Source of the DNA: Octopus vulgaris | Taxonomy: Eukaryota | Length of the DNA stretch: 64,000 bases | Direction: 5' to 3' | NCBI GenBank assembly: GCA_951406725.2 | Contig: OX597826.1 | Coordinates: 73,284,001-73,348,000, forward strand | Shown here: positions 28,565 to 43,862 of the stretch, piece by piece | Numbering within the stretch: position 1 is the first letter of the stretch | How the letters are laid out: every line of letters starts with the position of its first letter | The notes under the pieces: generated by a model | What the model saw: only the letters and a program-made list of their open reading frames with translations | Databases searched by the model: none | What the model was told of the DNA's origin: nothing | Translations under genes and position numbers: made by a program

Positions 28565-29185
28565 TATCTCGCTTTCTCTTAGTTTCTATCTTTCACTGTC
28601 TCCTTTCTCATCTCCCACTTTATCTCTCTTTCTTTTTGTATCTCTCACATTCTATTTTCCATCTTCCTCTGTTCTCTTTCTAAGATCCTCTCTCTCTTTC
28701 TCTTCTTTTTTATATATTCTTTCTATCAACCTTTTTTCTCTTTCTTTTCACTCACTATCGTTCCCACTGCCTCTCTTTCTCTCTCTTCACAATATTTCCC
28801 TCTCATCCTTTTGCTGCTCATCATATATTTTCTTCATATCACAACTTTCTAAACCCATTCTTTTGTGGGATTTAGAAAGAGTATAAAGCTGCCAGTGGAA
28901 AGTGGGGAGTGGAACTGTCGTACTGAAAGCGTGTGTACAGAATAGTATAATACAGTTTTGCTGTGTCGATGGTGACAAGGTGATGTACAGAATATAATAA
29001 TACAGCTATGCAGTGTAGAGAGTGAAAAAGGATTATCATAATAACTTCCACACGTTTTTTACAAATACTGTAGGAAGTATGAAAGAGATAGCTTTAGTGC
29101 CAGAGTGACAACATTAACACAATTCTGGCAGTATAGTATATTTATATGCATGTATTGATACATAAGCAGTTATACATACAAGCAA

Positions 29186-29265
<80 letters not shown>

Positions 29266-29872
29266 CGGGCTTATTTTCTTTCCCTATTTTCTCATAAGTA
29301 TTGAATTATCTCCCTTAAATGTCATCCTCTCAAATCGTCCATTTTAAAGAAAAGCATTATTTCCAAATTCAAATATTACTTTCCTGCTGCCTTCATTTCG
29401 ATATGTCTTCCCTTCTTTACACACACATTACTCCCTCTTTACTGTCAATCCGAGCTAATTGATCTCTGCTTTTCTATTCCCCATTCTTATTTTTTATTTC
29501 ATTATTCCTTCCACCATTGTTTGTCACTGTTTCTTTGTTTCACTAGCAGAAGATCAAACCGGAAGTTATATGATGAAACATTTTCAGCTTATAAAGAACA
29601 TTCCAGTATTTATTTTTCAAACATTCGCTCCATTTTCTCCGTTTCCTTAGATATCATTTTGTGCTTTTATTTCATTTTTTAAAAAATATTTTATATATTT
29701 AATTAAGCATTCCTTCAACGCTACTGCGGCGGTGTATACAAACATAAAAATAACCATACATACACCACACATACACATACGTGTATATGTGTTTACATGT
29801 GTATGGGTGTGTGGGTGTGTGGGTGTGTGCGTGCATGCATGTATGTTTATATATATTCTCATGTATGTTCGT

Positions 29873-29918
<46 letters not shown>

Positions 29919-29919
29919 G

Positions 29920-30100
29920 GTTCAAATTTATAGAAAAACAAAAGACGAAGACAGGTGTAGGAACAACAAGGAAGTGTATTAGTTCGACGCTCGGGAAAAA
30001 TGGAAAAAGTCTCTTACGTTTCGAGCCTATGCTCTTCAACAGGAAGGAATAAGAGGAAATAAATAGGGAGAGAATGAAACCAGCATGGCGAATATATTTA
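29920..30100 (-). mobile_element. Repeat family F with variant hammerhead-like motif (30011-30046)
   Basis: aaaacaaaagacgaagacaggt shared with 30140-30210 and 59890-60080; reverse strand CTGTTGA-A-GAGC-atag-GCTC-GAAA-CG-TA; flanked by (TA)n on both sides. Confidence 0.7.
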
Positions 30101-30101
30101 C

Positions 30102-30139
<38 letters not shown>

Positions 30140-30208
30140 AGAGAATTCACAAAAAACAAAAGACGAAGACAGGTAGTGTAAACAACAAACAGATGTATTA
30201 GTTTAGTG

Positions 30209-30293
<85 letters not shown>

Positions 30294-30498
30294 GTATGTA
30301 TTTACATACATGTATCACATATATACAAATACTATATCGATGAATGTGTGTGTGTGTCTGTGTTGTCTCAGCCAATCTAACGTTTGAGACATCACCTGAT
30401 TTTCACCTAACATGAGGAACAGCATTACATTATGTGGCCAAACATGTTGTACGATCGCCCAGACTGAACGCTGAGAAAGCAGTCTTTTTCCTTGTCCT

Positions 30499-30556
<58 letters not shown>

Positions 30557-30788
30557 CTTTCTCTATCTCCTTTCCCTGTACACACACGCGCACGCACGTA
30601 CTTTTTTATATAAGGCTTGGTAGAACAAACGGGACAGTCTCAATACATCTCATTATAAAGTGACACAAGGACTCTCGCATCTTGAATGATTCATGCCGAT
30701 CAAAAATGATAAAACACACACACACACACTCACACAAACACACACACACACTCACACAAACACACACACACATGCACATACATATGTG

Positions 30789-30853
<65 letters not shown>

Positions 30854-31610
30854 AATATATTCAGTCATTCTTGCCCCCAGCATCCCATACAATTCTGCTT
30901 TGACATGTCTATTGAGACCAGTAAAGTTCAATTCTTTGCTCGAGAACAATTCATGTCGGAATTTAAAGAGCCTATTCGTTCACCCCACTCAAATGCGACA
31001 GTTTGTTTAGTGTCCTACCCAGCCTTGCAACACTCCCTGTCTGTTCTGTACTTCACGGTTAAACCTTTAAGAATCCAACACTTCTGTTACACTCTCTGAG
31101 TCTAATGAGCAGTCATTGAGCATTCTCCCTTGATATACATATGATGTGCCGTAGAGTAATGTGAAACAATTCACAGTGGAACGATGGTGAGGGTAATTTA
31201 CCTTGGAAATAATTGATGGTAATGTACCTTGCTTTAATGTGTAGTTGATACACTTTGTGGAGGATATGAAGCATTTTGGCGTTAGCGTTTAAGCGCAGCC
31301 TATTTGGTGCGGGCACTAGATTACTTGACATCAGACTTGTAAAGTTTCTCTTGTCCTCTCATCACCTCTTCCTTCTCTCTCTCTCTCTCTTTCCCTTTAT
31401 GTATTTATGCTTATGTATGCGAGTATCTAGTCATGTTTGTATGTGTAATGTCTCTCTCTCTCCCTCTTTCCCTTCCTCTGCCTCTCTCACTATCCTTCTC
31501 CCTCTCCCTCTCTTCTTCAATCTGTCTGTATATCTTTCCGTCTCCCTTTCTCTCTCTGTCTCTGTCTCTCTCTCTCTGTCTCTGTCTCTCTCTCTCTGTC
31601 TCTGTCTCTC

Positions 31611-31676
<66 letters not shown>

Positions 31677-32367
31677 TCTGTATGTCTATATTTCTGCGCG
31701 TGCGCACATATATGTATATGAGCTTGTGTACTCTCGCCAAAACAGTTTGAATGTCCAAACCGCCGTGCCAAATCGACAGCGCCCAAACAACCGCGCCCAG
31801 TCGGCTCATCCCATCTCGTGAGAGTAATAATGTAAGAATAATGTAGCCGTATTTTAAAGTTAACGTAACCTCATTTCGATGTAATCGTAATTGGTTTTCT
31901 GCCCATCAGTTCAACACAAACTCTGGCTTGATATAAACATCGCTGTAAGGAAACAAAACCAACAGAGATAAGGAAAAGAGGAAGTTACCGTGTCAATTAT
32001 TACTTTAGGCTTTCCCCACACAGCAAACATTATCTATACCACTTTATTTCAGTCGACTTACGCTTCCGATAACCTTCAGGTACCATATTCCTACGTATGC
32101 TTCGACTAAGGAGGAACTCAGAACAGTGGGGAACAGAGAACAGATATTCCTTTCAGAGCAATTTCAATTATCTTTTTCACTATACTTCAATTACGAACTG
32201 AGAGATTTGTGCTAAATTGAAGTATATAGGCAACCATGCTGCGAAAGACACTACACTGGATTTACGCGTTAAATCCTCGCTTAGATTTCTCACTTACCAT
32301 TACCATCTCTCTCTCTCTCTCTCCCCATTTCGCCCATTTTCCGATTTCACTCTTTCTCCATACACCC

Positions 32368-32531
<164 letters not shown>

Positions 32532-32949
32532 GTCTGTCTCTCTCTCTCTCCATTTTGCTCTCTCATTTTTCGACTTCTCTCTTTCTCCATCCATTTATCT
32601 ATTTATCTATCTACTTATATATATATATATATATACATACATACATGTGTGTGTGTGTGTGTTTGGATGTATACATATTTACATGTGTGTGTGTGTATGT
32701 ATATATAAACACATATACGTGCGTGCGAGTGCACGTGTGCATGTGTATATGCAAGTATGTATGATGTATGTATGTATGTACGTATGTATACGTTTTGTGG
32801 AACAAACAAGAGTAATAGAACTCAATACATAAGAGTATACATACACACAGCTACAAATACATACGAATACACACACACACACACACACATAATACTTTCA
32901 TGGGAGAGTTAAAATCTCAGTCAAACCTCGAACGACTTTTGACTATCAA

Positions 32950-34300
32950 TCTGCCATAAAAACACCCTTTGGTCATATAAAGCTACCAGACACAGAAATA
33001 GTTCCGATCGTATGCTGTAACTACTCCAAAGTTATTTTTTTATGGAATCACAACTCTATTACTCTATTAAAAAATTCTTGGCTGAGCTGCGTTTATTCTT
33101 TTAGATTAACAAATTAAAAGTTGTTCGGAAATGTTCTGCATTTTTTCTTTTTTCTGGTATTAAAAGAGAGGTAGAAGTTATGAAATGAAATAATAATTAT
33201 ATATTAGTAGGAACATACAGCTTAAGGTATTGTGGAAAAAAATTCCTGGTAAAACATTACTCAACCCAGTGTCTGGTAGATCACTACTACTCTGTTTAAT
33301 CCGATACCTTATACATCACCCCAATTTTAGCAGGTTCTTGTCGAAATGGCGGCATTACTTCAACTACTCCGATCTCGTGTTTAGATAATTCATGGAATTG
33401 TTGTTATTCGAGATTATATTCTTTTCGGTTACTCATAGGTTGTATCTTTAAGTCCCATTGATGTATGCTCCGTCTACTCCTCTGGGGTTTTCCACTTGAT
33501 GTGAAAGCCAATATCATGCTCTTTCAAGTACCAGATGTAACTTGATAATACGTCTGAGGGATGATGTGTAGTTGAAGTAATGCAGCGTAAATTTACCTTT
33601 CACCATACTAATGAAATTTTCATACCCAATGGTGTCGTTTGGTTTAGTAGAGCTGATATCTGCTCCATATATTATCTCCTCTGCACTGCATGACTGGTCA
33701 AGTGACATGCATTAGTGTTTCTACATGTGCACTTAGCCTCTGCTAATTTCGTCGGTTTGTGTATTATAAATCTTTCATGTTGAGAGTACATCTGTCAGTT
33801 CCTGTTAAATAGTTTTCTGTCGAAGTGTTAACGGAGAATATGCTTATCTATCAGAGCTTGGAGGTTTCTGTTTATACTTGACTTAACGTTTAAAGAAAAG
33901 GCGAGCGTAAAACCAAATAATTTTATGGCTCCAGTTCATTGCATCGGGAGGCCAGGAATGTAGGTAATCTTACCTTTGAATCTGATAGCAGCTAAAGTAC
34001 TCTTCAAATAAGAGACCACCTTACCGAGGTACGTTATTAAATGAGAGAGTCCTCTTACTAATCTAACTAAATATTATAAAACAATAGGTGAGTGGTAGGA
34101 ACTGGTATTAATGCATAACAGTGCTTCTTTTTTACTTTCATTTCATTCATTATAAGCTTTGTATATATCTACGAAATTTACGATTCTAAGGTTAATAGTG
34201 ATGGTTATTTTTAGGCCGAAATTCTTAATTGCGATAATAACATTTTCCCTAAATATAATTATATTATAAAGCATCAGCAATTAATTTTCTAAATGATTCT
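32950..34300 (-). mobile_element. Highly decayed Penelope-like retroelement RT/linker region
   Basis: Residual minus-strand motifs KPNDTIGYEN (cf. PLE KPND..YIN..SNHP), YVPTN (cf. V.TNIG), HFP, FFNR in the expected order; many stops and frameshifts. Confidence 0.4.
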
Positions 34301-35214
34301 AGTTTCTAGTGTGTGTTCGTTTGCATACTGAGAGACATCACTCGTGCAGAAACTGACTAATTAACTTGAAATGTATGGCGTTGATGTTGTTGTTGCTATT
34401 GTTGTTCTTGCTCTTCTTCTTTTTCGTCTTTTCTTCCTCTTATTATTGTTGTTGTTGTTGCTGTTGTTGTTGCTCTTCTTCTCCTTCATTTTCTTCTCTT
34501 TCCCTTCCTTCTTCCCCGCTTGAAATTCCAGGCAATCCCTAATTAAGCAGTTCTATGGCACACGAACTACTGGTTTCTAGTTTTGTTGCTGTCGTAGCAG
34601 ACCTATGAGCAAAGCAGTCCCAGTCGTGACCATCCCGTCTGATTTTCAGATGCATCGCTTCATTAACTAATGCAGATTATAGGCCGAACGATTAAGTACA
34701 GTCTACCGATCCCACTTCATTCTCTCTCTCTCCCTCTCTCTCCCTCTCTCTCTCTCCCCATCTCTCTCCCCCCTCTCTCTCCCCCTCTCTCTCTCTCCCT
34801 CTCTTATATATATATCGTGATCTCATCGTCTATATATATATACAGGGTGCAGGTTGCACCGATAACCAGCTGGCGAAAGCTCGGCCTGGGGTTAAATACG
34901 GTAGTAACGTCGAACAGCCATATTGATATTGTTTTTATTGTTGTTGCTGTTGTTGTTATTGGCGGTGGTGGTTACGGTGGTGTTGATCGTGATAAGGATG
35001 GCAACAACGGTTTTAGAGCAGTTCTTGTTCGCTCTACTTCGGTATAATCTACGTATGGAATTAGTTTATTGAAGAACTAAGATTTAGTTGCCGTTCTAAT
35101 CATGCCCGTCCCCTCATTCCCACCTTGCTATTCTGAAATATGTTGGTCTAGAATTGGTTGAGATTTGGTTGATGTACTTTGTTGATTGGTCGATTAAGTA
35201 AAGATGACTTCATT

Positions 35215-35629
35215 AGGTGTAGGAGTGGCTGTGTGGTAAGTAGCTTACTTACCAACCACATGATTCCGGGTTCAGTCCCACTGCGTGGTACCTTGGGCAA
35301 GTGTCTTCTACTTTAGCCTCGGGCCGACCAAAGCCTTGTGAGTGGATTTGGTAGACGGAAACTGAAAGAAGCCCGTCGTATATATGTATATATATATATG
35401 TGTGTGTGTGTGTATGTGTGTGTGTGTTTGTGTGTCTGTGTTTGTCCCCCAACATTGCTTGACAACCGATGCTGGTGTGTTTACGTCCCCGTAACTTAGC
35501 GGTTCGGCACAAGAGACCGATAGAATAAGTACTAGGCTTATAAAGAATAAGTCCTGGGGTCGATTTGCTCGACTAAAGGCGGTGCTCCAGCATGGCCACA
35601 GTCAAATGACTGAAACAAGTAAAAGAGTA
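35215..35629 (+). mobile_element. tRNA-derived SINE family A, full length
   Basis: Collinear with 19471-19910 and 51544-51930. Confidence 0.9.
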
Positions 35630-35939
35630 ATAATATTTTTGTTAAAAATGGAACTTAATATTGCTTTTGGAAATTACGCCTTTACCAAAATTATTCGCGG
35701 AACAAAGGAATTCCTTCTAAGGATGACAATCGGGTTGCTGGCTTCAGTTCTTCCAAATCTTTATACGGTCATTCAATACGTTTCAGTATCAACTATATAA
35801 AGGTTTGCTGATATTGTTTTCTGTATCAGCAAACTTAGAAAGAGATTACACGTTTCCTTGAGGTAGGGGAAACCTTTTGGAGAAGCGAGCTGCATGAAAC
35901 ATGTTTTTTTCATCTGGCGCACCGCACTACTAAAAAGTG

Positions 35940-36197
35940 TGGAGTCGCGTGGCTTAGTGGTTAAGATGTTAGACTCATGATCGTAAGATTGTGCTTTCGA
36001 TTCCTGGACCGGGCGACGCGTTGTGTTCTTGAGAAAAACACTTCATTTCACGTTGCTCCAGTTCATTCAGCTGGTAAAAATGAGTATACCGGCGACGGAC
36101 TGCCGTCCCATCCAGGTGGTAAATTTATATGCCATGGAAACCGGGAAACCGGTCCTTATGAGCCTCGCATGACTCGACAAGGTAACTTTACCTTTAC
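35940..36197 (+). mobile_element. tRNA-derived SINE family C
   Basis: gtggcttagtggtt A-box-like, ttcgattcc B-box-like; inverse of 61245-61465. Confidence 0.85.
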
Positions 36198-36280
36198 TAT
36201 TAAAACGTACAAGGCAATTTTTCGTCAAGGGTGCCTTTAAGAAGGTCGTGTGGTTTGCAGGTTGCTCGTAACTATTTTTT

Positions 36281-36510
36281 TTCTTTACTACCTACAAGGG
36301 GCGAATCACAGAGAGGACAAACAAGGACAGACAAATGGATTAAGTCGATTATATCGATCCCAGTACGTAACTGGTACTTAATTTATCGACCCCGAAAGGA
36401 TGAAAGGCAAAGTCGACCTCGGCGGAATTTGAACTCAGAACGTAGCGACAGACGAAATACTGATAAGCATTTCGCGTGGCGTGCTAACGTTTCTGTCAGC
36501 TCGCCGCCTT
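36281..36510 (-). mobile_element. tRNA-derived SINE family B (Meta/MESC-like core)
   Basis: Reverse strand ggcggcgagctg...gagttcaaattccgccgaggtcgactttgcctttcatcctttcggggtcgataaattaagtaccag; close match to 63393-63619. Confidence 0.88.
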
Positions 36511-36619
36511 GCTCGTAACTATGCCAAACTCGCGTGTTTGTCTGAAGTCAACATATTTCGGATCTGCTATAATTTACATGCTTTCATGGTCTATACCGTC
36601 GAGAAACGCTTATGCAACT

Positions 36620-37325
36620 CCAAATTCTACAATGTTATGTTTCTCTCCAAATTTTCTATCTATTTCTAGAATCTGCTTACTATTATGTTCTATAATCTAC
36701 AAATTTATATATTTCTCTGCAACATGCAACCCTCTATATTTTCAACGATCTATAAATTGCCCATACTTCATTGCAGTTTACAAAAATTTTGTTTCTCTTA
36801 AGACAACACACTTTCAAGCTCCCATATATCTTCCGGGCTTCCATACGTCTCAATGTCTACACGCTTCAATGCATCTTTATCGTCAACAAATTTCCATGTT
36901 TCTCTAAACTTATACAATTTCCCATGTTCTTTAAATAATCTACAGACTTCTTGTGTGTCTATCGCCTACAGCAGTGTTTCTCAACTATTTTTTGGCTAGT
37001 AGACCCCATTTCTTTCCCATTTTACTCAACTGGACTTCCATCAGCACATCGGTGTATAAAAAATATCCTACTATATTTTTATAATTAAATATAATTAGAA
37101 ATTGTATGTTTTAAAAAACTGACTTCTATGTTTCTCTACCATTTACAGAAGTCCGTGTCTCTACATCCTACAGACTTCTGTAGCTCTATGTCATCCACAA
37201 ACGTGAACGTATCTTTACAATCTACAATTTTGGATGTCTCCCTAAATCTTTAAACTTGTATGTCTCTTCAACCTACCTATTGTTATGTTTCTCTACGGTC
37301 TTGGAATAATCTATGAAACTCCAGG
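36620..37325. repeat. Degenerate minisatellite (tgtttctct / tctacaaatttc units)
   Basis: Repeated atgtttctct and aatctaca motifs at short spacing. Confidence 0.55.
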
Positions 37326-37425
37326 ATTTTGTCAATTAAAATTACAAAACACAATACAGAGTAAAAAATGAATAATCCCTTACAAGAATATATATATATG
37401 CATATATATTTTTTTATGTACCGAA

Positions 37426-37500
<75 letters not shown>

Positions 37501-37601
37501 CGAAAGCATATATATATGTATATATACATACTTTTACTAATACATCTGTTTGTTTTGTACACCACATGTCTACGTCTTTTGTTATTTTCGTAAACTCTCC
37601 C

Positions 37602-37635
<34 letters not shown>

Positions 37636-37767
37636 AGAAAATAGTAAAGAGTGAAAAAACGACAGAAGGCTTAAATGTTAAAGAATATATATATTTGCGT
37701 CAATATGTCTGGAGAATATTGGAAAAATTTTTTTCCTTCTTATAATGACATAATTTTATAATTTTTA

Positions 37768-37806
37768 AAGAAAGACCGGTTTCGCATTTAGCTCTTCAAA
37801 TTTCTT
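37768..37806 (-). ncRNA. Degenerate minimal PLE-type hammerhead
   Basis: AAGAAA-u-UUGAAGA-GC-uaaau-GC-GAAA-CCGG-UC-UUUCUU; C3U change; lies in an element bounded by (TA)n. Confidence 0.5.
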
Positions 37807-37989
37807 GCGACGTAATGTTTATCTTTAATAGCGTTATCCTTGTTTTTTTTGCTACGGAGAGTTCTAAATAAGGGAAGGTAGTGCGTGATTTCTTCCGGTG
37901 TAAGGAAGCTTAAAAAATTATTTTTTTTCCCTTTTTCTCTTAGTGTGAATTTCTCTGTATTATTATGTTTGGATAGTTGAGTCTGGGTT

Positions 37990-38050
<61 letters not shown>

Positions 38051-39173
38051 TTGCCTTAACTCAATTTGAGCTATTCTGATGCATTATAAAGATTGTATGT
38101 TTTCAGACATCTGAGGCGCTGCGACTTTAACTTGATCAGCTTTTATCAGGTTCAGAACAGTCACAGTCAAGTAATGCACTGTGTGGCATGTTACATTAAC
38201 ACAATAAAACTAGGGACCCTCAACGTGGTCTGGCAACCACTGAGACCCTGGTTCGTTTTATCGTGTTCAGAAACAGCAACTGAATGTCCCTCAAACCAAA
38301 CACTGTGACGTTTTAAAAAACGGAAAGACAGTCGAAATTTTTAGTCTTAGATACGTTACGCCTGAGAAACAAAAGACGAGATGGTAACGGCTGGGATAGG
38401 TTTGATCGTGGTTTTGCTAAATCAAACAGTTGGAGCTTAAGAGCAACAATATCAACAATAACAGTTACACTCAAATTTGCATCATCGGATGATCTAGACT
38501 GGATATTGACTAATATATAAGCTGAGGGAAAGCATGCGTGGCTTTGGTTCACTGAAGCTGATGAGAACCAACAAAGTTGAAATCACGAACTTTCATTTCT
38601 CAAATCCGTTCTTTTTTTTTTCTCCCTCAAGAATTATTTTAAAGCAAATCTTAATATATGTATTCTTATCTCTAAGTCCTTATTCCATATTTTCGTGTTT
38701 TCCCGATGAATTCAAAGAGAAATCAAACTGAGCTACTCCAGTCTTTGATCTCTCTCTCTTTCTTTCTCTCTTTCTCTCTCTCTTTTTCTCTCTCTCTCTT
38801 CTCTCTCTCTCTCTCTCTCTTTCTTTCCCCCTCACTCTCACTTTATCTCGTTGTCATTCTGCTTAGTTTTGGAAATTCTTTAATGGAAAATTAAACATCT
38901 TGAAGGATTAAGTGGTATTAATGGGCAACATTAGAAAAAGGTTCTGCATGCATTTATACGTACGTGTACGCGCATGCATGCCTCTATATAAGGGGAGAGA
39001 GAGAGAGACAGAGGTATGTGTGTGTCTACGTGTGTGTCTACTTATGTATTTATGCATGTACATACACACATATGTATCAATGTGTGATTGAGTTAATATA
39101 TATACGTGTATATATGTACATATATCTATGTATGTATATATTTATTAGATGTATGTATATATATATGTGTGTG

Positions 39174-39213
<40 letters not shown>

Positions 39214-39263
39214 CATATATATATGTATATGCATACGCATATATGTATATATATGTGTATATA

Positions 39264-39323
<60 letters not shown>

Positions 39324-40218
39324 TATACACACATATATACACAAGTAAGTGCGCGTATATGTATACAAGAGAGTGGTAAGTAGGTAGGTTGGTGGAGAGG
39401 TTGGTAGGTAGAGTGACACACAGACACATGTGCTCTTCGTTCCTGCTGCTCCCCCCTCCCACCTCACCTCCTACCCTGTGCCCCAGTAAAACTAACCGTA
39501 GTAGCTCTGAAGCTATCTGTTATACATGTGACTGATCAATAATGTTGTGATTGATTAGAGAAGAGGGGGGAGGTGATTGCTGTGGCGGAGGGGGGGGGAA
39601 GGTGTAGGAAGCGGCGGTGGAGGTAGGGAGAAGAAAAAGGAGTAAGAAGTGGATGAGGGTGGAGCATGCAGGGTTAATGTGATGGGGGTGAGGGGAGGAA
39701 AAGGAGGGAAAGAGATGTGAGAGAGATATGGATGATGTGATGAGAAAGATATATATATATATATATGAGGGGGGGTGTGCAAAGACACAGTTATGAGAGA
39801 AAGAGAGAAGAGAAAGGGAGGAGAGAATGAGAGAAAGAAAGACAGAGAGAGAGAGATACAGAAGAGAGAGAGAGAGAGAGAGACAGACAGAAGAGAGAGA
39901 AATGAGAGATAGGTGAACGAAAGATGAATGATGTGATGAGATATATATATATATATATAACAGTGAATGGTTGAAAAAGACGTAGTTATGTGATAAGGGA
40001 GAGAGAGTGAGATGACAAAGAGACAGAAACGTGAGAGAGAGAGAGAAGAGAGAGAGAGAAGAGAAAGAGAGAGAAAGAAGAGAGAGAGAGAGAGAGAGAG
40101 AAGAGAGAGAAGAGAGAAGAGAGAGAGAGGTCAGAGAAAAACAGAGGAGAGCGAGCAGTAAGAGAGAAAGAAAGGTAGATGATAATGAAAGATGACAAAA
40201 GAAAAAGAAACGTTAGAT

Positions 40219-40251
<33 letters not shown>

Positions 40252-40313
40252 AATAGATAGATAGAGAGATAGAGAGAGAGAGAGAGATAGATAGAGAGAG
40301 AGAGAGAGAGAGC

Positions 40314-40350
<37 letters not shown>

Positions 40351-40368
40351 CTAGATAGATATATATAT

Positions 40369-40413
<45 letters not shown>

Positions 40414-40684
40414 TAGGTAGATAGATAGATAGACATATACAACAGACAGAGGTGTTTGTAAGAAAATTAAGAGATGTTGGGGAGAAGAAGAGATGAGAAA
40501 AGAGAAAGAAAAATGATAGAGAAGTGAAAGATGGTGGGAGAGAGATGAGGGAAAAAGTCAGAGATGAGAGACAGACGATGGGAAAGAGACAAACAGACAG
40601 ACAGGCAGTCAGGCAGTCAGACAGATGCGAGATAAATTGTGAGGAATGAATATAAAAGCTGGAAAGGAGAAGGGCGGAGAAGGG

Positions 40685-40738
<54 letters not shown>

Positions 40739-41304
40739 GAGGAGGAGGAGGAGGAGGAGGAGGAGGAGGAAGGGAAGGAGGAAGAAGGGGAAGTGAGGGA
40801 GGAGGGACGATGTTGAAACAAGATATGCGAGTAACTGATGGAGTGGGTGGTGGTGGTGGTGGTGGTGGTGGTGGTGGTGACGGTGGTGACAGTGAGTCGT
40901 AGATGTCACAGAGGAAGACGATGAGGAGAACGAAGGGGAAGGAGAAAGAGAGAGACAAGAGGAGAAAGAGCGGTAATGGTGGTGGTGGTGGTGGTGGTGA
41001 TCGTGGTGGGATTATTATTATTATTATTGCTATTACTACTACTAGTAGTAGTAGTACTGAGAGGAGATGAGGGGGTAAAAGGTGACAATAGTTGTTGCAG
41101 GGGGTCGTTTGGGGGGGCGGGGAGGTTTTGTTAGAGAAAGTCTAAGTCAACAGGTAAGTTTAAAGGGTACATTTTGCACATCGTCACTTCCCCACCCCGC
41201 CTTCTCTTACATCTATTTCTTTTTCTTTTTTGCGCAACTTAATGTCATTGGGCCCTTTGAGTTATTTCCCTTCGCTAGTTTTACATTATTTGCTGTAGTT
41301 GTTT

Positions 41305-41431
41305 AAATAGGTTTCAAACTCTGGCACAAGGCCTGCAATTTCGGGTGGGTGCTCGGCTGGTACCCGTTTCACCGAACTGCGGAAGACTGAAAGACAAAGT
41401 CGACCTCGGTGGAATTTGAACTCAGAACGTA
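41305..41431 (-). mobile_element. SINE family B fragment
   Basis: caaagtcgacctcggtggaatttgaactcagaacgtag match. Confidence 0.75.
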
Positions 41432-41752
41432 GATTTTTTCTTTTCTTTTTTTTTTTTTTCTTAATTAAGTGCAATAATGACAACAATAATAATGAGCATG
41501 AGGAAACCCGCGACAACAAAAGCAACAACAACAGCATAACAAACAACAATAGTCGTTATGACAACAACAACAATGATAGGCGTTACAATTACCACAACAT
41601 TGTGATGGTGGTGGGGTGGGACAGGGGGTATGGCAGAAGGTGATCCAACAATACACGCACACACACACACACACAAACACACACACGCACACACACCATC
41701 CTGCACACATTCATACATACACATATGATTACACGTGCGCGTAGGTGTGCAC

Positions 41753-41860
<108 letters not shown>

Positions 41861-42404
41861 GTGTGTGTGTGTGTGTGTGTGTATGTGTGCGTGTACATAT
41901 GTATATATCTATGTGCAGGTTCTTTACACCTATATATATATTTATATATATATATACACACACACGTAAATACACATGCAATCTCACACTGCCCTCCTAT
42001 ATATGAGTTGATATAAATATGTGTGTGTGTATTCACACACGTACATACATACAAACACACACACACACTCACACATACACTCACACATACATATATACTC
42101 ATACACAAATGCACATTCGCGTATACAAATACAGACACACACACACACACACACACACGTAAATGCACACACGTGCACCTACACACACACACACACGCAC
42201 ACACAGATAGCTGCATACATAAACGCATACACACACCAACACACGATCCAACATAAACAATATACAAGATCCAATATAAACGCACAAAAATCTACGCAAA
42301 TCCGCGCAGAGGCAAATCACGTTTTGGATCCACACTCACGCAAACACTCACTGGCTACACACATACTCAGCAGGATCCGCTCGAAAACACACTCTCGCTC
42401 AACG

Positions 42405-42456
<52 letters not shown>

Positions 42457-42707
42457 AAAACCTTATACTACGCACACGCCCTCAAGGATTAGCACATATA
42501 AATGCCCTCGGGTTTATTCGTACACACATACATAAAGAGATTCGTATGCATTCCTTTACAGAAACATATGCTATCAGACTCTTAACAGGTGTACATTTAA
42601 ATGAACACTAATGAGAGAATCTATCTATATGTACATTATGTACCTGTATCTACGTATCGATCTATCGATCCATCTATCTATCATCTGTCTGTCTATCTAT
42701 CTATCTT

Positions 42708-42865
<158 letters not shown>

Positions 42866-42997
42866 TCTATCTATATATATATATATATATTTATATATTC
42901 GTTGCTAAACCCTTAATTGCTTAGTATATATTTATATATATATATATAACTATAAATCTCTCTATCTACCTCTCCTTTTCTCTATATGTGTGTGTCA

Positions 42998-43033
<36 letters not shown>

Positions 43034-43573
43034 TGATTGATTGTGACATTGCTTAAAGTCAATATTGTATATATACATATTTGTATATGTATGCATATGT
43101 GTGTGTGTGCGTGTGTGTCTGTATATGTGTGTATTTATATATATATCATATATATCATATATATATATATAAAACGAGAGTAGGAGAAAGAGAGACTGGG
43201 GAAAAAGCTGAGAGTGGGAAGCAGCTGTGTTATTGAGGAAGGAAGCAAAAGAGGAAGTGGAGGAGAGAGTAGAGAAGAAGTCATGACGGTGGTGGTGGTG
43301 GTAGCGGTAGAAGTTGTGTGAAAAAGGAAAGAGAGGAGGAGGAGAAGGAGGAGGCAGCGGCGGCGGCGGAAGGGGAGGAGGAGGAGGAGGAGGGGGAAGA
43401 AGGAGGAGAGTGCCGTGTGTAGTGTTGTGAAGATCCAACACAGTGTTTTAATGTGCACGCTGCTGCCATCGCAAAACAATTGCAGTGGTGTGCAGCTAGT
43501 GATGCATCTGTGAAAAAAAAGACAGCGTGTGCAACAGTGCAGTGTGAGGAGGATCTTAGTGCCACTGACCCGA

Positions 43574-43655
43574 ATGTGGGTTTGTAAAAAACTCGGATCG
43601 CTCGTTGTATGGGACATGTATGTACCTGAATTCACACCTGTAGCAATCGAAGACG
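43574..43655 (+). CDS. Putative alternative first coding exon B (MWVCKKLGSLVVWDMYVPEFTPVAIED, or from ATG 43616 MYVPEFTPVAIED; phase-1 donor)
   Basis: In-frame TGA at 43511-43513, open non-repetitive frame, ACG|GTAAGT donor at 43655/43656, preceded by a GGA/GGC-rich promoter-like stretch and unique 5'UTR-like sequence. Confidence 0.65.
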
Positions 43656-43810
43656 GTAAGTCACTCTGTTAACAACGACATCATCATCATCATCATCATC
43701 AACATCATCATCATCATCATCAACGTCAACATCAACAACGACGACGACGACGACGTTGTCATGATGCTCTCGCTGCAGCTGAGGATGATGATGATGATGA
43801 TGACGATGAC

Positions 43811-43862
<52 letters not shown>

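Noticed and set aside
27921-28886. 321-aa ORF
   Set aside because: (CT)n-rich low-complexity tract.
38558-38592. CTGATGA...GAAA hammerhead-like spacing
   Set aside because: No UH cleavage site and no stem I pairing.
41101-41159. Possible 53-nt exon with CAG|GTAAGT donor and GC box
   Set aside because: Weak acceptor, no coding support, length not frame-preserving; could be chance or a non-coding exon.
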